64,000 bases of DNA, taken from contig JBAZZQ010000001.1 in NCBI GenBank assembly GCA_041658725.1, forward strand, positions 96,938-160,937, written 5' to 3'. A program made the translations under genes and the position numbers. Positions 43,639 to 54,489 of this stretch are shown one piece after another (positions within the stretch are counted from its first letter, which is position 1; every line of letters begins with the position of its first letter). Below the pieces are notes generated by a model that saw only the letters and a program-made list of their open reading frames with translations, did not search any database and was not told the origin of the DNA. This DNA is from Phycisphaerae bacterium (GTDB lineage: Bacteria; Planctomycetota; Phycisphaerae; JAAYCJ01).

Positions 43639-45102
43639 CTACTTTCCCGGACGGTATTTAATGTATACAACCTTATGCTCGGTAAAGAACTCGATTCCCG
43701 TGCGCCCCGCTTCCGGCAGACCATGACCTGAACGTTTAATTCCACCGAAACTGAGCTGGGGCTCTTTAAATGCGGTGTGTATATTGACATGTGTTAATCC
43801 GACATCCGTTCGCTCGACAAACGTCATTGCCTTTTGCAAATTATTGGTGTAGATGGACGAGGACAAACCAAAACGAACGGCGTTGGCCATCTCGATTGTT
43901 TGTTCGAAATCATCCGCCGTCATAATGGAAAGCACGGGACCAAAGATTTCCTCCTGGGCAAGAAACATTTCTTTGCTGACACCGAAGAAAATGGCAGGCG
44001 AAATAAAACAGCCTTTGATGAGATCACCCTCGATAAGGCGAGTACCGCCGAAAAGCAATTGGGCCCCCTCGGCTTTGCCTCGTTCTATTCCGGCCAAAAT
44101 GTTTTTGAGTTGATTTTCCCCGCAGACGGGTCCCATCGTGGTTTTCGCGTCGGCTCCTTTACCGACGACGATTTTCTTAACGCGCCGCAGCAAGAGATCG
44201 CAAAAATCATCCACGACCGACTTTTCCACAATGACCCGACTGGTTGAGGTACACCACTGCCCCGCACATGCGTAGGCGGCCAAAACCGCGGCATCCGCCG
44301 CTTCCTCCAGATTCGCGTCCGCGAGAACCACAAGTGGATTTTTGCCTCCCATCTCCAACTGTGTTCGGATAAGGTTATCGGCGGCCTTTTTGTGAATGGC
44401 CATCCCTACTTCCGTCGATCCTGTAAAGCTCACGGCCTTGATCGCGGGATGCGAAACCAATTCGTTTCCGATTACGGAACCCGGTCCCGTGACAAAATTT
44501 AAGACACCGGCGGGTAGTTCCGCTTCTTCATACAATTTAACAAACTCGGCCCCCACCCCCGGTGTCAAATTCGAAGGCTTAAAAACGCATGTGTTTCCCG
44601 CTATCAGGGCGGGAGTAATTTTCCGGCAAGGAACGTTGAAGGGAAAATTCCAGGGGGCAATCACCGCCACCACTCCCAGCGGTCTGCGAATGTGGTATTC
44701 AATAACGCCGTCGCGTTCCGAGGGCATGACTTGTCCGGCGGACCTTAAACCCTCGTTAATTTGAAAATCCATCTCCTTGATGGCGGAGATGATCTCACTT
44801 TTGGATTCCGATAATGTTTTACCGTTTTCCGTGGTAATTACACAGGCGATTTGGTCCACACGCTGTTGCATTAACATCAGCGATTTTTTCAGGTATTCCG
44901 CTCGTTTGTAAATTGTCAAAGATCGCCACGCTTCAAAGGCTCTTTCCGCAACGTCTATCGCCTTCCTAACATCCTCGACGGTGGATTTTGGCCACAGTCC
45001 CGTAACCTGCGTTAAGTCAGCAGGGTCCTTCTGCGGATACGTCTCACCGCTACCGGAAGGACCCCATTTACCATCGACAAAATTATCATATATCTCAATC
45101 AT
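43639..45102 (-). CDS. NAD(P)-dependent aldehyde dehydrogenase
   Basis: FTGSTEVG, LEMGGKNP and GQWCTSTSR (catalytic Cys) are ALDH family motifs. Confidence 0.85.
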   Translation of the reverse strand: MIEIYDNFVDGKWGPSGSGETYPQKDPADLTQVTGLWPKSTVEDVRKAIDVAERAFEAWRSLTIYKRAEYLKKSLMLMQQRVDQIACVITTENGKTLSESKSEIISAIKEMDFQINEGLRSAGQVMPSERDGVIEYHIRRPLGVVAVIAPWNFPFNVPCRKITPALIAGNTCVFKPSNLTPGVGAEFVKLYEEAELPAGVLNFVTGPGSVIGNELVSHPAIKAVSFTGSTEVGMAIHKKAADNLIRTQLEMGGKNPLVVLADANLEEAADAAVLAAYACAGQWCTSTSRVIVEKSVVDDFCDLLLRRVKKIVVGKGADAKTTMGPVCGENQLKNILAGIERGKAEGAQLLFGGTRLIEGDLIKGCFISPAIFFGVSKEMFLAQEEIFGPVLSIMTADDFEQTIEMANAVRFGLSSSIYTNNLQKAMTFVERTDVGLTHVNIHTAFKEPQLSFGGIKRSGHGLPEAGRTGIEFFTEHKVVYIKYRPGK

Positions 45103-45131
45103 TCCATGCTCTCCACAGAACCAACTATTAC

Positions 45132-45878
45132 TTAATCCATAACGAGTCCACCGTTCACATCCAGAATCTCACCCGTTATATATTTGGCTCGATCCGACGC
45201 CAGAAACAAAATCGCTTCCGCTATATCGATTGGTTCCGCATATTCTTTAAAAGGAATTATGGCGGCGAAGTCTTTATTTGTTTTTTCTCCCCAGGCCTCG
45301 GTCATTTCACTTTTAGTCGGACCTGGGCAAACCGCATTGACGTTAATTTTGTAGGGCGCGGCCTGAAGGGCCAAACTTTTCGTAAAACAAATGACGCCCG
45401 CCTTACTGGCCGAATAATGAGCCCCGGCCGCAAGTCCTCCGATCTTGCCCGCAGCCGAGGCAATGTTAATTATCTTACCATAACCTCTGCTTTTCATGTG
45501 CGGGAACACTTCCCTGCAAAAAAGAAAAACGCTTCTCAGATTCACGGCCATCATATGATCCCACTCTTCAACCTGGATATCGGCGATAGGAATCATCCGG
45601 CAAATTCCCGCGCCATTGACCACAATATCGATTTTACCAAAAGTTTTCAGCGTCGTTTGAATGACGCTCTTCACCTGCGGCTCACTGGAAACATCCACGG
45701 AAAAATTGAGGACCTTGCCTCCTGCCTTTTGAATTTTGTCGGCGAGTACCTTTAATAGATTTTCATCAATATCCACGATCGATAGAATTGCCCCCTGGGA
45801 TACAAATAAATCGACCGCCGCCCTGCCAATAGACCCCGCCGCTCCAGTAATAATCACCACTTTATCTTTTAATTTCAT
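45132..45878 (-). CDS. SDR-family oxidoreductase
   Basis: VIITGAAGSIGRA; NGAG; YSASKAG catalytic YxxxK. Confidence 0.8.
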   Translation of the reverse strand: MKLKDKVVIITGAAGSIGRAAVDLFVSQGAILSIVDIDENLLKVLADKIQKAGGKVLNFSVDVSSEPQVKSVIQTTLKTFGKIDIVVNGAGICRMIPIADIQVEEWDHMMAVNLRSVFLFCREVFPHMKSRGYGKIINIASAAGKIGGLAAGAHYSASKAGVICFTKSLALQAAPYKINVNAVCPGPTKSEMTEAWGEKTNKDFAAIIPFKEYAEPIDIAEAILFLASDRAKYITGEILDVNGGLVMD

Positions 45879-45880
45879 TT

Positions 45881-47170
45881 TCAGTTTCCCGCTTTCTCTT
45901 TGATAATGGGCAGCATTTCCGCGGCGCCATGTAAAACGGTTATTTTGGCCTCTTGTCCAAGTTGGGCCAAGGCCTTTTCCAAAGCCACTTGAGGTTGTTC
46001 CGCGTAATCCAAATTTACTCTTTTGATTTTCTCGGGTTCGATACCATCAGTGACCAGGATACATTTAATGCTTCTATCGATGGTTGCCTCAGCCACCTGA
46101 ATCATGTGGACGGCTACTACCAAATGTCTGATCTTGCCTTCTGCGACCAATTGTTTTACCTCGCGGGAAGAACGGTACCCAAATTGCATAATTTCCCTTT
46201 CGTGAGTTTTTGACAGTCCTTCATAACAAGGCGAGACCATAATGATGACGCCGCCATCTCTTATTACGGCGGATGCGTTATCCAGTGCCTTGTTAACCTG
46301 CCAGAATTCGATATCGAAAGGATAACCATTGGCAATCACAATATCGGACTTATAAGGGATTTCAACCTTGTGAGCTTTAATGGCATGCTCAGCTCCAACC
46401 CGGTGCGCCTGTATCGTGTGCCCAAAAACGGCATGTGCAATTTTGCCCTCACCGTCCATAATCACGTTAAATATAGCATCAAGACCCGCCGCCAGGGCGC
46501 AATTATCGATGACGTGGCGAATGGGATTATCCCGCCGACCGATTATTTCTTCCCGCGGCAAGTGGGCGCGAACCCAGTGAAAGTCTCCATTGGTTTTTTC
46601 TCCGCATATACCGGGAACTATAATTTTCCCACCGCCGGTAAATCCACAGACATCAATGGGCATGATCCTTCCCAGCCCCAGGACGAAATCAAACTCCTTT
46701 ATTTTACGATTGACCCAGACATCAATGCCCGGATCCACGCGACCGGCAAAATAAAGTTGATCGGGATTTTTCCAGTCATGGTTCCATACGCAATAATTGT
46801 CGATTACTTTGTCCCCCAATTTTGCTCTGAGTTCTTTCGGCGTCATGGGGCGATGTGAACCCAAGGCCATCATGATCTCTATCTGATCATTCTTAAAACC
46901 GGCGTGATGTAACTCCTCCAGAATAACGGGCAGGATTCGGTTGATCGGTGTGGGGCGGTGATGATCGTCCGAGACAATCAGGATTTTTTTCAAGCCCCTT
47001 GTCATTTCCGTAAGGGTTCCCGACCCAGTCGGGTGAGCCATCGCCTCACGAAGTATAACGCCTTCTGGTTTTTCTATAAACGGTTTTGGAAGAGAAAAAA
47101 CTCCGACAAGATTATTGTCCGGAACTTCCAAAAACGGAAAATGATCGTAAGGAAAATCTATTCTAACCAT
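45881..47170 (-). CDS. LarA-like (nickel-pincer lactate-racemase family, DUF2088) protein
   Basis: 429 aa with the LarA family N-terminal DUF2088 region (ILIVSDDHHRPTP...MALGSHRPM) and C-terminal domain. Confidence 0.6.
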   Translation of the reverse strand: MVRIDFPYDHFPFLEVPDNNLVGVFSLPKPFIEKPEGVILREAMAHPTGSGTLTEMTRGLKKILIVSDDHHRPTPINRILPVILEELHHAGFKNDQIEIMMALGSHRPMTPKELRAKLGDKVIDNYCVWNHDWKNPDQLYFAGRVDPGIDVWVNRKIKEFDFVLGLGRIMPIDVCGFTGGGKIIVPGICGEKTNGDFHWVRAHLPREEIIGRRDNPIRHVIDNCALAAGLDAIFNVIMDGEGKIAHAVFGHTIQAHRVGAEHAIKAHKVEIPYKSDIVIANGYPFDIEFWQVNKALDNASAVIRDGGVIIMVSPCYEGLSKTHEREIMQFGYRSSREVKQLVAEGKIRHLVVAVHMIQVAEATIDRSIKCILVTDGIEPEKIKRVNLDYAEQPQVALEKALAQLGQEAKITVLHGAAEMLPIIKEKAGN

Positions 47171-47229
47171 CCGAACCTATATTGAAAAAAGATATTGACA
47201 AAATTCAACTCATATTATAATATCATGTT

Positions 47230-47931
47230 ATGATCAGCGATGCAACCCAATATTTAAATCCCATTCAAAATACAGACAAGGTCGAGCAGGCGGTTAAGGT
47301 TTTGCAGGAATTTATTATCAACGGTAATCTTAAACCTGGAACTGACTTACCCGCCGAAAGTGAAATGGCCAGTAACATCGGGGTAAGCAAATTCAGTATG
47401 CGCGAGGCACTTCGCGTGCTTGAATCACAGGGGTTGATTGATATTACTCAAGGGCGTCGCACGAAGGTGGCAGAGTTTTCCATCACCCCCATTTCCGAGA
47501 TGATGGTCCTTGCGCTTCGCCGGTCAAAATCCGTATTGGCGGACTTAATGGAAGCCCGACAATGTTTGGAATGCGATATTGCGCGTTTTGCGGCGGTCAG
47601 GGCTAAACCGCCTCACATTGATGCCCTGATCCAAACCATTCGGGAACTGGAAGAAAATAGAACCGACCTGGATATTTGCGTGGAAAAAGATCTTGAGTTT
47701 CATAATATCCTGATCAATGCCACCGGAAATAAAGTTTTTGAAATCATGCTTTCACCGCTGACGGAACTCCTGCGAAAATCCCGTCTGAAAACGATGAAAC
47801 GAGACGGAATAGAACATGCCATACGTGGCCATAAGTCTATTCTTGCCGCCGTCCAGAAAAAAGACCCGGCGAAGGCAGCCTTGGCGATGCGCGACCATCT
47901 CCAAATGGCGGAAAAAGATTTAAAAAGATAA
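47230..47931 (+). CDS. GntR/FadR-family transcriptional regulator (HTH plus FCD domain)
   Basis: LPAESEMASNIGVSKFSMREALRVLESQGLIDITQGRRTKV is the GntR HTH, followed by an all-helical FCD domain. Confidence 0.8.
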   Translation: MISDATQYLNPIQNTDKVEQAVKVLQEFIINGNLKPGTDLPAESEMASNIGVSKFSMREALRVLESQGLIDITQGRRTKVAEFSITPISEMMVLALRRSKSVLADLMEARQCLECDIARFAAVRAKPPHIDALIQTIRELEENRTDLDICVEKDLEFHNILINATGNKVFEIMLSPLTELLRKSRLKTMKRDGIEHAIRGHKSILAAVQKKDPAKAALAMRDHLQMAEKDLKR

Positions 47932-47943
47932 AGGAACTCTAAA

Positions 47944-48585
47944 ATGAGTAGGATTATTGATCTTTCGCTGCCGATCTATCATGGTGCTCCAACAATGCCT
48001 TTGGATCCCAAATGTGCCGTAATAGTGCACCACACAATCGATTCCATGAAATATAACATTACACAATTGATCATCAGCACGCATCATGGAACACACCTTG
48101 ACGCCCCCTTTCATTTTTACGATGATGGTAAAACAGTTGATAAACTCGATTTATCCAAATGCGTCGGACTGGCGGAAGTACTCGATTTTACTCATCTTAA
48201 GCCGAAATATAACCTGGTTCCCGATGATTTCAAAGCATATCAGCCCCGAATAACGTCTGGATCCCGTATTATTCTGCGTACCGACTGGTGGATGAAATTT
48301 CCCCGGAAGGAATATTTTTTCAACGGACCCATGATCAGTCCCGAATTGGCCAAATGGTTCGCTCAAAAAAAGATCGCCATGCTTGGTTTGGAGACGCCAG
48401 GCGTCCATCCTATCGAATGGGAAAAAGTCCATAAGATACTTCTTAAAGCCCAGATTGTCATCGTCGAGGGCTTGGCGAATCTTAACAAACTCAAAAGTGA
48501 TAAAGTTTTCTTTGTGGCTGCTCCGCTGAAAATAAAGGATAGAGACGGCTCTCCGGTCCGTGCCTTGGCGATTGAAAATTTATGA
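47944..48585 (+). CDS. Cyclase-family protein (kynurenine/aryl-formamidase-like metal hydrolase)
   Basis: HHGTHLDAPFHF matches the cyclase-family HxGTHxDxPxH motif. Confidence 0.7.
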   Translation: MSRIIDLSLPIYHGAPTMPLDPKCAVIVHHTIDSMKYNITQLIISTHHGTHLDAPFHFYDDGKTVDKLDLSKCVGLAEVLDFTHLKPKYNLVPDDFKAYQPRITSGSRIILRTDWWMKFPRKEYFFNGPMISPELAKWFAQKKIAMLGLETPGVHPIEWEKVHKILLKAQIVIVEGLANLNKLKSDKVFFVAAPLKIKDRDGSPVRALAIENL

Positions 48586-48624
48586 GGATAAAGAGTAAAT
48601 CTTTCGTTTACGAAGGAGGTAATC

Positions 48625-49452
48625 ATGCGACAGCGAACCCCGGTTAAAGATCGTTTCAAAGACAAAGTTGTCATCATAACAGGCGGGTCGTCGGGTATTG
48701 GCCGAGCGGTTATGGAGGAGTTATGCAGAGAGGGTGCGTCAGTCGTTTTTTCCGGAATAAGCGAAATTGGCAACGCCACGGCCAAAGAACTGGCCGAATG
48801 TGGATATCATGTGCTTTTTTGCCGAGGCGATATGGCGGATGAAAAGTTCTGTAAAAGCATCGTCGGTGAAACGATGTCCCGATATGGCAGGGTAAATTAT
48901 CTTTTTAACAACGTTTTTTCGTTTACCGCCAAAGGACTGGACGCGACCACAGAAGACTGGGAGCGTGTTTTTATGGTTGGTCCTATTGCCTACGCCCGAA
49001 TGATTCAACAGGTTATTGAGCCGATGAGAAAGCAAGGCGGAGGAGCGATTGTGAACATGTCCAGCATCTCGGCTTTTGCGGCCCAAGTCAACCGCTGGAC
49101 CTACAATGCCGCCAAAGGCGCCGTACACACTTTGACCCGATGCATGGCACTGGATCTTGCCAAATACAACATTCGAGTTAACAGCGTCAGCCCCGGATGG
49201 ATCTGGACTCGTGAGGTTTACAAGGCGGCGGAGCTGGCAGGTGGTGGACGAGAAAAATGGGATTCCATTTGGGGCCAATATCATATGCTTGAACGATGCG
49301 GGGAACCCATCGAATGCGCTGGACCTGTATTATTCTTGTTAAGTGATGATGCCTCGTTTGTAACGGCCGTCGATCTTCCCATCGACGGTGGCTATCAGGG
49401 CATGGGTCCGGAAGGATTGGGTAAGACCGCAGTTTTTGCCGGCTCGGTATAA
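48625..49452 (+). CDS. SDR-family oxidoreductase
   Basis: VVIITGGSSGIGRAV; NNV; YNAAKGA. Confidence 0.8.
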   Translation: MRQRTPVKDRFKDKVVIITGGSSGIGRAVMEELCREGASVVFSGISEIGNATAKELAECGYHVLFCRGDMADEKFCKSIVGETMSRYGRVNYLFNNVFSFTAKGLDATTEDWERVFMVGPIAYARMIQQVIEPMRKQGGGAIVNMSSISAFAAQVNRWTYNAAKGAVHTLTRCMALDLAKYNIRVNSVSPGWIWTREVYKAAELAGGGREKWDSIWGQYHMLERCGEPIECAGPVLFLLSDDASFVTAVDLPIDGGYQGMGPEGLGKTAVFAGSV

Positions 49453-49492
49453 AACTGAAAGGATAAATCAGGTCTCCAGCAGAATCTGTGGA

Positions 49493-52400
49493 TTAAACTA
49501 ACAGACGGAATGTTTTTATCGAAAAAGGTTTCAGTATTACATCAAATTTGCCATTATCGGATATGACCTTTCCTTTATCTTCCTCGACCAGGTTGCACTC
49601 GATCACCTGCTTAATCGGAAGCTCCGTTTTGATCGTAGCGGTTCCTCGGCTGCCGTGCGGTTCATATATCCGCAGGATATATCCACGGCCATCCTCGGCA
49701 ACCTTGAAGGTCTCGACAACTGCCGGCAGACCCATCAGGGTTATAAAACTCTTCTTCGGCAAGCCAGTCGGGGCCATCTTTTTCACCTGGGACCGTACAG
49801 GGACGTTCAGTTCCAAGGCGGATCGAACTGTTTGACCCTGCCACCAATCTCCCCGGTGGGGCAAAAGGCTGTAGGTAAATTCATGTTGACCCTCATCGGC
49901 CTTCGGGTCAGGGTAGATTGTGCTTCGAAGAAGTGTTAATCGCAGGATGTTATCGTACACATCGTAGCCATACTTACAGTCGTTGAGCAGACTCACACCG
50001 TAGCCAGCTTCGGAAATGTCCGCCCACCGCTGGCCGCAAACCTCGAATTTTGATCGGTCCCACGAAGTGTTACGGTGCGTCGGCCGTTCAAGGGCGCCGA
50101 ACTGCACTTCAAAGGTAGCCCGCATAGTTCGGATTTCCAGCGGGAACGCCACTTTCAGCATAGTGCTTTTTTCATGCCAATCGACGTGAGTTACAAAATC
50201 GATTCGCGGGGAATGGGTGTAAACAATTATGTCCTGTACAAAAGTTGAACCGCGGTGCGTTCGATTGATCCGCACCACACCACGAACGGACCCTTCTTCC
50301 ATCACCTTAAGAGTGGTTTTGCCCTCAAACGCATAACGCCGCTTGTCCAGAGTCGGAAAGATGTTCCACGCGTCTTCCAGCTCCGGGCCATCCTGCAGCA
50401 ACTGCAGGTCGTTGGCCACCACCCCCTGGGAAACGAGTTCCCGCTGGTTTTGTTTATCCAGCAAACGAGAGATCGCTCCCTGACGGGTGAGCTCCAGGCA
50501 ATAATAAGGGCTTTGTATCCGTGATGAGGAAACCTTTAGCTGTGAATTTTCCCTGTTTCGTTGATTGACTAGGCTGTATACGGCATATCCCATCGGTGGG
50601 ATTTGATCTGGCACAAAAGCTATGGTCGTCTTGCCTTTGGCTCGTTTAAGGATCTGCGTTGGGTAAGACTCCCCTTCCGTGGAACAGACACAAACATCGT
50701 CGCCGTAATCGGGAACCGTAGCCACAACTGCGTCATTTCTTGCCCAAGAGAGCGAGTTGAAAACAACGATTCTTTCCTCGCCCTTTTTCATTTTTTCCGG
50801 CATGAGGATCGATAAACTTTCTTCGATCACATCTTCCGCAATCTCTTTCACTTTTACCAGCTCACCTAGCGTTTCCTTATACACCTGACCGATGGAACTT
50901 CCGGGCAAGATGTCATGGAATTGATGCAGCAAGGTCGTTTCCCAAGCCGACCGGAGGGTTTCGGCATTGAACTTGCCACCTTGGGTTTGAGCGAAAGAGC
51001 CGAATATTTCTGCTTCACGCAGCAAAAGTTCCGTTTTTCGGTTGGTCCTCTTGATGATCCCCTGCGTGGTGTACGTGCCCTGGTGGGTTTCCAAGTATAG
51101 TTCTCCGTCCCAGACGGGCAAATCGGGATTTTGCTTTACCAGATCATCAAAATATTGCTGCGACAACCCGTTCCGAAGGGTGGGAAGGCCCGGAAACTTT
51201 TTGCCCCGGGCGATTACTTCGAGCATGCCGGTCGTCGGTCCGCCGCCGCCGTCGCCGTGTCCATAGGGAAAGAGAACTTCCGGATACTCAGTTTTTTGAA
51301 GGTAATTATCCCAAGAAGTAGAAAATTGTTCAGGTGAGGGTAACCCCAGGTAATAATTGGGCAGTTTTGGGATGTGGGCAATCACTTCGCTGCCGTCCAA
51401 TCCTCGCCATCGAAACAGGTGGTACGGAAACGGGTTCTGGCTCTGCCAATGTAATTTATTGGTGTAGAAATAATCCACACCGCAGCCTTTGAGGATTTCC
51501 GGCAATGTGGCCGGATAACCGAACACGTCCGGCAACCAGCAGGTCCGGGGCCGTGTGCCGAATTCTCTGCGATAAAAGTCCAATCCGTAAAGGATTTGCC
51601 GGATCAATGATTCTCCGGAAGTGACATTGCAATCCGCCTCCACCCACATGGCGCCCGTGGTTTCCCATCGGCCTTTCTTTACCCATTTTTTGATTTGGCG
51701 ATAAACGTCGGGATAGTATTTTTGGGTATATTTGTAGAGCTGTGCCTGGCTGCAGGAAAAGTAAAAGTCCGGGTACTGCTCCATCAAGCGGCACGAAGTG
51801 GAAAACGTCCTGCCGCACTTTCGAACTGTCTCGCGGATCGGCCAGAGCCAAGCGGTATCGATGTGAGTGTGACCGGCGAGAAAAAGCCTGCCTGCTTCCG
51901 GGTCGGAAGCAATCTGCCCGATATTTTCCTTCAAAATTTTCCGGCTAGCTTGCACTTCAATGATCAGCCGGTCCCTTGGCAGGGTCAAGTCAATAGCCAA
52001 AATAGACTTCTCCACCGCTTCCTCCAAAAGACGCTTCCGCCGTTGGTCCTTGACGACCTGTGAGGCCTCCCAGGCAAACTTGATGTCGTAATAAGCGCCT
52101 TCGATCACCGGATCGATAATAGTGATAAATACCCCATATAGCGTTCCTTTCGTGTCCTTTAACTGCGGTTGATGATAAATATCGGGAACCGACATAAACT
52201 CGAGGGAAAGATCAAATTGCGTTGTTCGCGGTATTTTTACCCGATCATGAAACTTATCGATACCACAATAGGGTTGCCCGTCGATGGACATCAAGCCTTC
52301 AAGCATTTCATATTTAAAACTCCAATAAACATCGCCTTTAGGTAGCCTTTCGGGCACGCGGACCTTACATCGTAGAAAAACGGTCTTTCCCGCCGCCCAC

Positions 52401-52561
52401 GCAGAAGGCAGCGACACGTCTTTCCAGTCGCCATCAAACTTGTACCGTTCGGGTCCCAGGAACTCGGCAGTCCGAACCTGCCAGGATTCCAGGGGAAACA
52501 AAAATAGGGTTGAATGTTCCTCCAAAGTCTGTAATTTCTTTTGAATGACTCGATTATCCAT
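49493..52561 (-). CDS. GH38 alpha-mannosidase
   Basis: 1022 aa. LAGHTHIDTAWLWP is the GH38 N-terminal catalytic region. Central and C-terminal regions are typical of bacterial MngB-like mannosidases. Confidence 0.75.
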   Translation of the reverse strand: MDNRVIQKKLQTLEEHSTLFLFPLESWQVRTAEFLGPERYKFDGDWKDVSLPSAWAAGKTVFLRCKVRVPERLPKGDVYWSFKYEMLEGLMSIDGQPYCGIDKFHDRVKIPRTTQFDLSLEFMSVPDIYHQPQLKDTKGTLYGVFITIIDPVIEGAYYDIKFAWEASQVVKDQRRKRLLEEAVEKSILAIDLTLPRDRLIIEVQASRKILKENIGQIASDPEAGRLFLAGHTHIDTAWLWPIRETVRKCGRTFSTSCRLMEQYPDFYFSCSQAQLYKYTQKYYPDVYRQIKKWVKKGRWETTGAMWVEADCNVTSGESLIRQILYGLDFYRREFGTRPRTCWLPDVFGYPATLPEILKGCGVDYFYTNKLHWQSQNPFPYHLFRWRGLDGSEVIAHIPKLPNYYLGLPSPEQFSTSWDNYLQKTEYPEVLFPYGHGDGGGGPTTGMLEVIARGKKFPGLPTLRNGLSQQYFDDLVKQNPDLPVWDGELYLETHQGTYTTQGIIKRTNRKTELLLREAEIFGSFAQTQGGKFNAETLRSAWETTLLHQFHDILPGSSIGQVYKETLGELVKVKEIAEDVIEESLSILMPEKMKKGEERIVVFNSLSWARNDAVVATVPDYGDDVCVCSTEGESYPTQILKRAKGKTTIAFVPDQIPPMGYAVYSLVNQRNRENSQLKVSSSRIQSPYYCLELTRQGAISRLLDKQNQRELVSQGVVANDLQLLQDGPELEDAWNIFPTLDKRRYAFEGKTTLKVMEEGSVRGVVRINRTHRGSTFVQDIIVYTHSPRIDFVTHVDWHEKSTMLKVAFPLEIRTMRATFEVQFGALERPTHRNTSWDRSKFEVCGQRWADISEAGYGVSLLNDCKYGYDVYDNILRLTLLRSTIYPDPKADEGQHEFTYSLLPHRGDWWQGQTVRSALELNVPVRSQVKKMAPTGLPKKSFITLMGLPAVVETFKVAEDGRGYILRIYEPHGSRGTATIKTELPIKQVIECNLVEEDKGKVISDNGKFDVILKPFSIKTFRLLV

Positions 52562-54470
52562 TGCGTGTTTCCTTTTGATGAAAAAGCAATGACAGAAGCG
52601 TTTCCCGCTGCGAATAATCGGAAATAAGGATATCAGCTCCGGCCTTGATCAGCCGGGTACGCTTGGCGGAATTCAGACCATAGCGTCGGATCTCGTCGCT
52701 GGCCACCCCTACGGCCAGACCACCTACCTTCTTGCACAATCGCAATTCCACGGGACCATCTCCGACGCATAAAAGCTGCGACCCGGAAAGTTTATTTTCG
52801 TGAAGGATCTGCTCAATGACCATCTTTTTGGCCGATCCATTTCCCTGACCGGTCCAACCGTATATCCGATCTTCGAACAAATCCGCGTAGCCGAGGATAT
52901 TCGCCTCGCGAACGACATCGGCGTGGTCCGTCCCGCTGGCCAAATATAACTTCACTCCGCACTCATACAAGGCCTGTAAAAATTCGGGGGCGCCTTTGAT
53001 GGTATTATCACCAGGGTCCAGTTCCCCTCGCTGGAGTTTGCCAGTGCGTATCCGCACCATTTCCATCAAGGCCTGATTATAAATCTGTTTGTACCCGGCT
53101 GGGTCGAGAATATCTCTTGTCTCGACCAGGCAGAACTGCCGGACCATTTTTTCCAGAGTCTGCATCTGTACGATTGTTTCAATGCCAGTGGATTGATCGA
53201 TATATTCCCGCACCCGCCGCAAGACCTGCTGGTATAGCTCTTCCGGGGCGTCGAGATAATGGCGACCGAGGATGGATTTGACCATCACCGGTTCCATGAT
53301 CTGCTCCCACCCTTGCCGCAGTGTGGAAATTGTTCCATCGTGATCGAAAATCACATGCTTGATCTGCTCGAAAGAGAGGTCACGATTGACAATTTCAATT
53401 TCCGAATCGCGCCAAAACTTGCGTTTGCGGATATCATCGGCTATTTCCGGACAATAGACGTAATCACAGTCAGCGGCGAGTGTCAGAATTTCCTGCGTGC
53501 CGGCGGTACCTGTCTGACGTATTTTCTGGACCACAATGGCCGCCGTATAATTTCCGATTTCAATCGCCTCCGGAAGTTTCATCCCGGCCGATAGTGCCGC
53601 GGTAATCACCGAGGCCGTTGCATCACCCGCTCCCACCGGGTCGATATCCCCCATAATCAGCACTCCAGGCACATGGTAAACCTTGTTTCCATCAAAGGCC
53701 ATAATTCCTCGGTCCGAACGCGTAATCACCACCGGTCGACCCGTGCCGCCATAAATCTTGCGGGCATAATCGATCAGTTCTTCGGCCGCAATGGCCTGAC
53801 CGACTTCTCGTTTTTGACCACAAATTCTCGCCGCCTCGTTGGCGTTTAGTTTGCAGATGACGTTGCGGTAGCGGTCGGAAATGTCCCGCGAATCGAGCAA
53901 AATCACCCTGTTCGGATGCTGATCAATCAGTTTTTGCAAGCCGGTGATTAAATATTCGCTATGCACGCCCTGATGAAGCTGTTGGTTGACAATCAGACCA
54001 TCTAAATTTTCAATCGCCTGCTCAAGGGCGTCTAGCAGCCTGTCCACCGTCGCATCAGAAATAAAGTTGAACCGTCCGAAATCGATTCGCTCTTTTTCCT
54101 CCAGGTCCACATACGGTTTGGCATAGACGCTGGTGGCCCAGTTTTCTTTTTGGACAATCATGCCGGTTGCGTCAACGTTCCGGCGGTGCAAAAGATCAAG
54201 CATCTCCCGGCCAAAGACGTCATCGCCGATAACGCCGAATGCTTTTACATCGACCACACTTAAAGCGACAAGATTGCTGACCACGTTACCCGCCCCGCCG
54301 AGGCTGTAATTTTGACGGCACACCGCATGTGTGGGCTTGCGGGTCTCGACGGAGTACTCGATCTTTGTCTCATCCAAAAGCCAATAGGCGTCGACGCAAA
54401 AATCGCCCAATACGCCGATGTGCAGATCGGCAAAGGTATCAAGATACCTTTTAACCTGGTCCAATTTCAT
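52554..54470 (-). CDS. Bifunctional-looking PfkB-family sugar kinase (N-terminal) fused to HAD-superfamily hydrolase (C-terminal)
   Basis: N-terminal ribokinase-like GGAGNV...DPVGAGDA. C-terminal HAD motif I VIFDHDGTIS and later VGDG. Confidence 0.6.
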   Translation of the reverse strand: MKLDQVKRYLDTFADLHIGVLGDFCVDAYWLLDETKIEYSVETRKPTHAVCRQNYSLGGAGNVVSNLVALSVVDVKAFGVIGDDVFGREMLDLLHRRNVDATGMIVQKENWATSVYAKPYVDLEEKERIDFGRFNFISDATVDRLLDALEQAIENLDGLIVNQQLHQGVHSEYLITGLQKLIDQHPNRVILLDSRDISDRYRNVICKLNANEAARICGQKREVGQAIAAEELIDYARKIYGGTGRPVVITRSDRGIMAFDGNKVYHVPGVLIMGDIDPVGAGDATASVITAALSAGMKLPEAIEIGNYTAAIVVQKIRQTGTAGTQEILTLAADCDYVYCPEIADDIRKRKFWRDSEIEIVNRDLSFEQIKHVIFDHDGTISTLRQGWEQIMEPVMVKSILGRHYLDAPEELYQQVLRRVREYIDQSTGIETIVQMQTLEKMVRQFCLVETRDILDPAGYKQIYNQALMEMVRIRTGKLQRGELDPGDNTIKGAPEFLQALYECGVKLYLASGTDHADVVREANILGYADLFEDRIYGWTGQGNGSAKKMVIEQILHENKLSGSQLLCVGDGPVELRLCKKVGGLAVGVASDEIRRYGLNSAKRTRLIKAGADILISDYSQRETLLSLLFHQKETRNG

Positions 54471-54489
54471 TTTTGTTTATTTCTCCATT

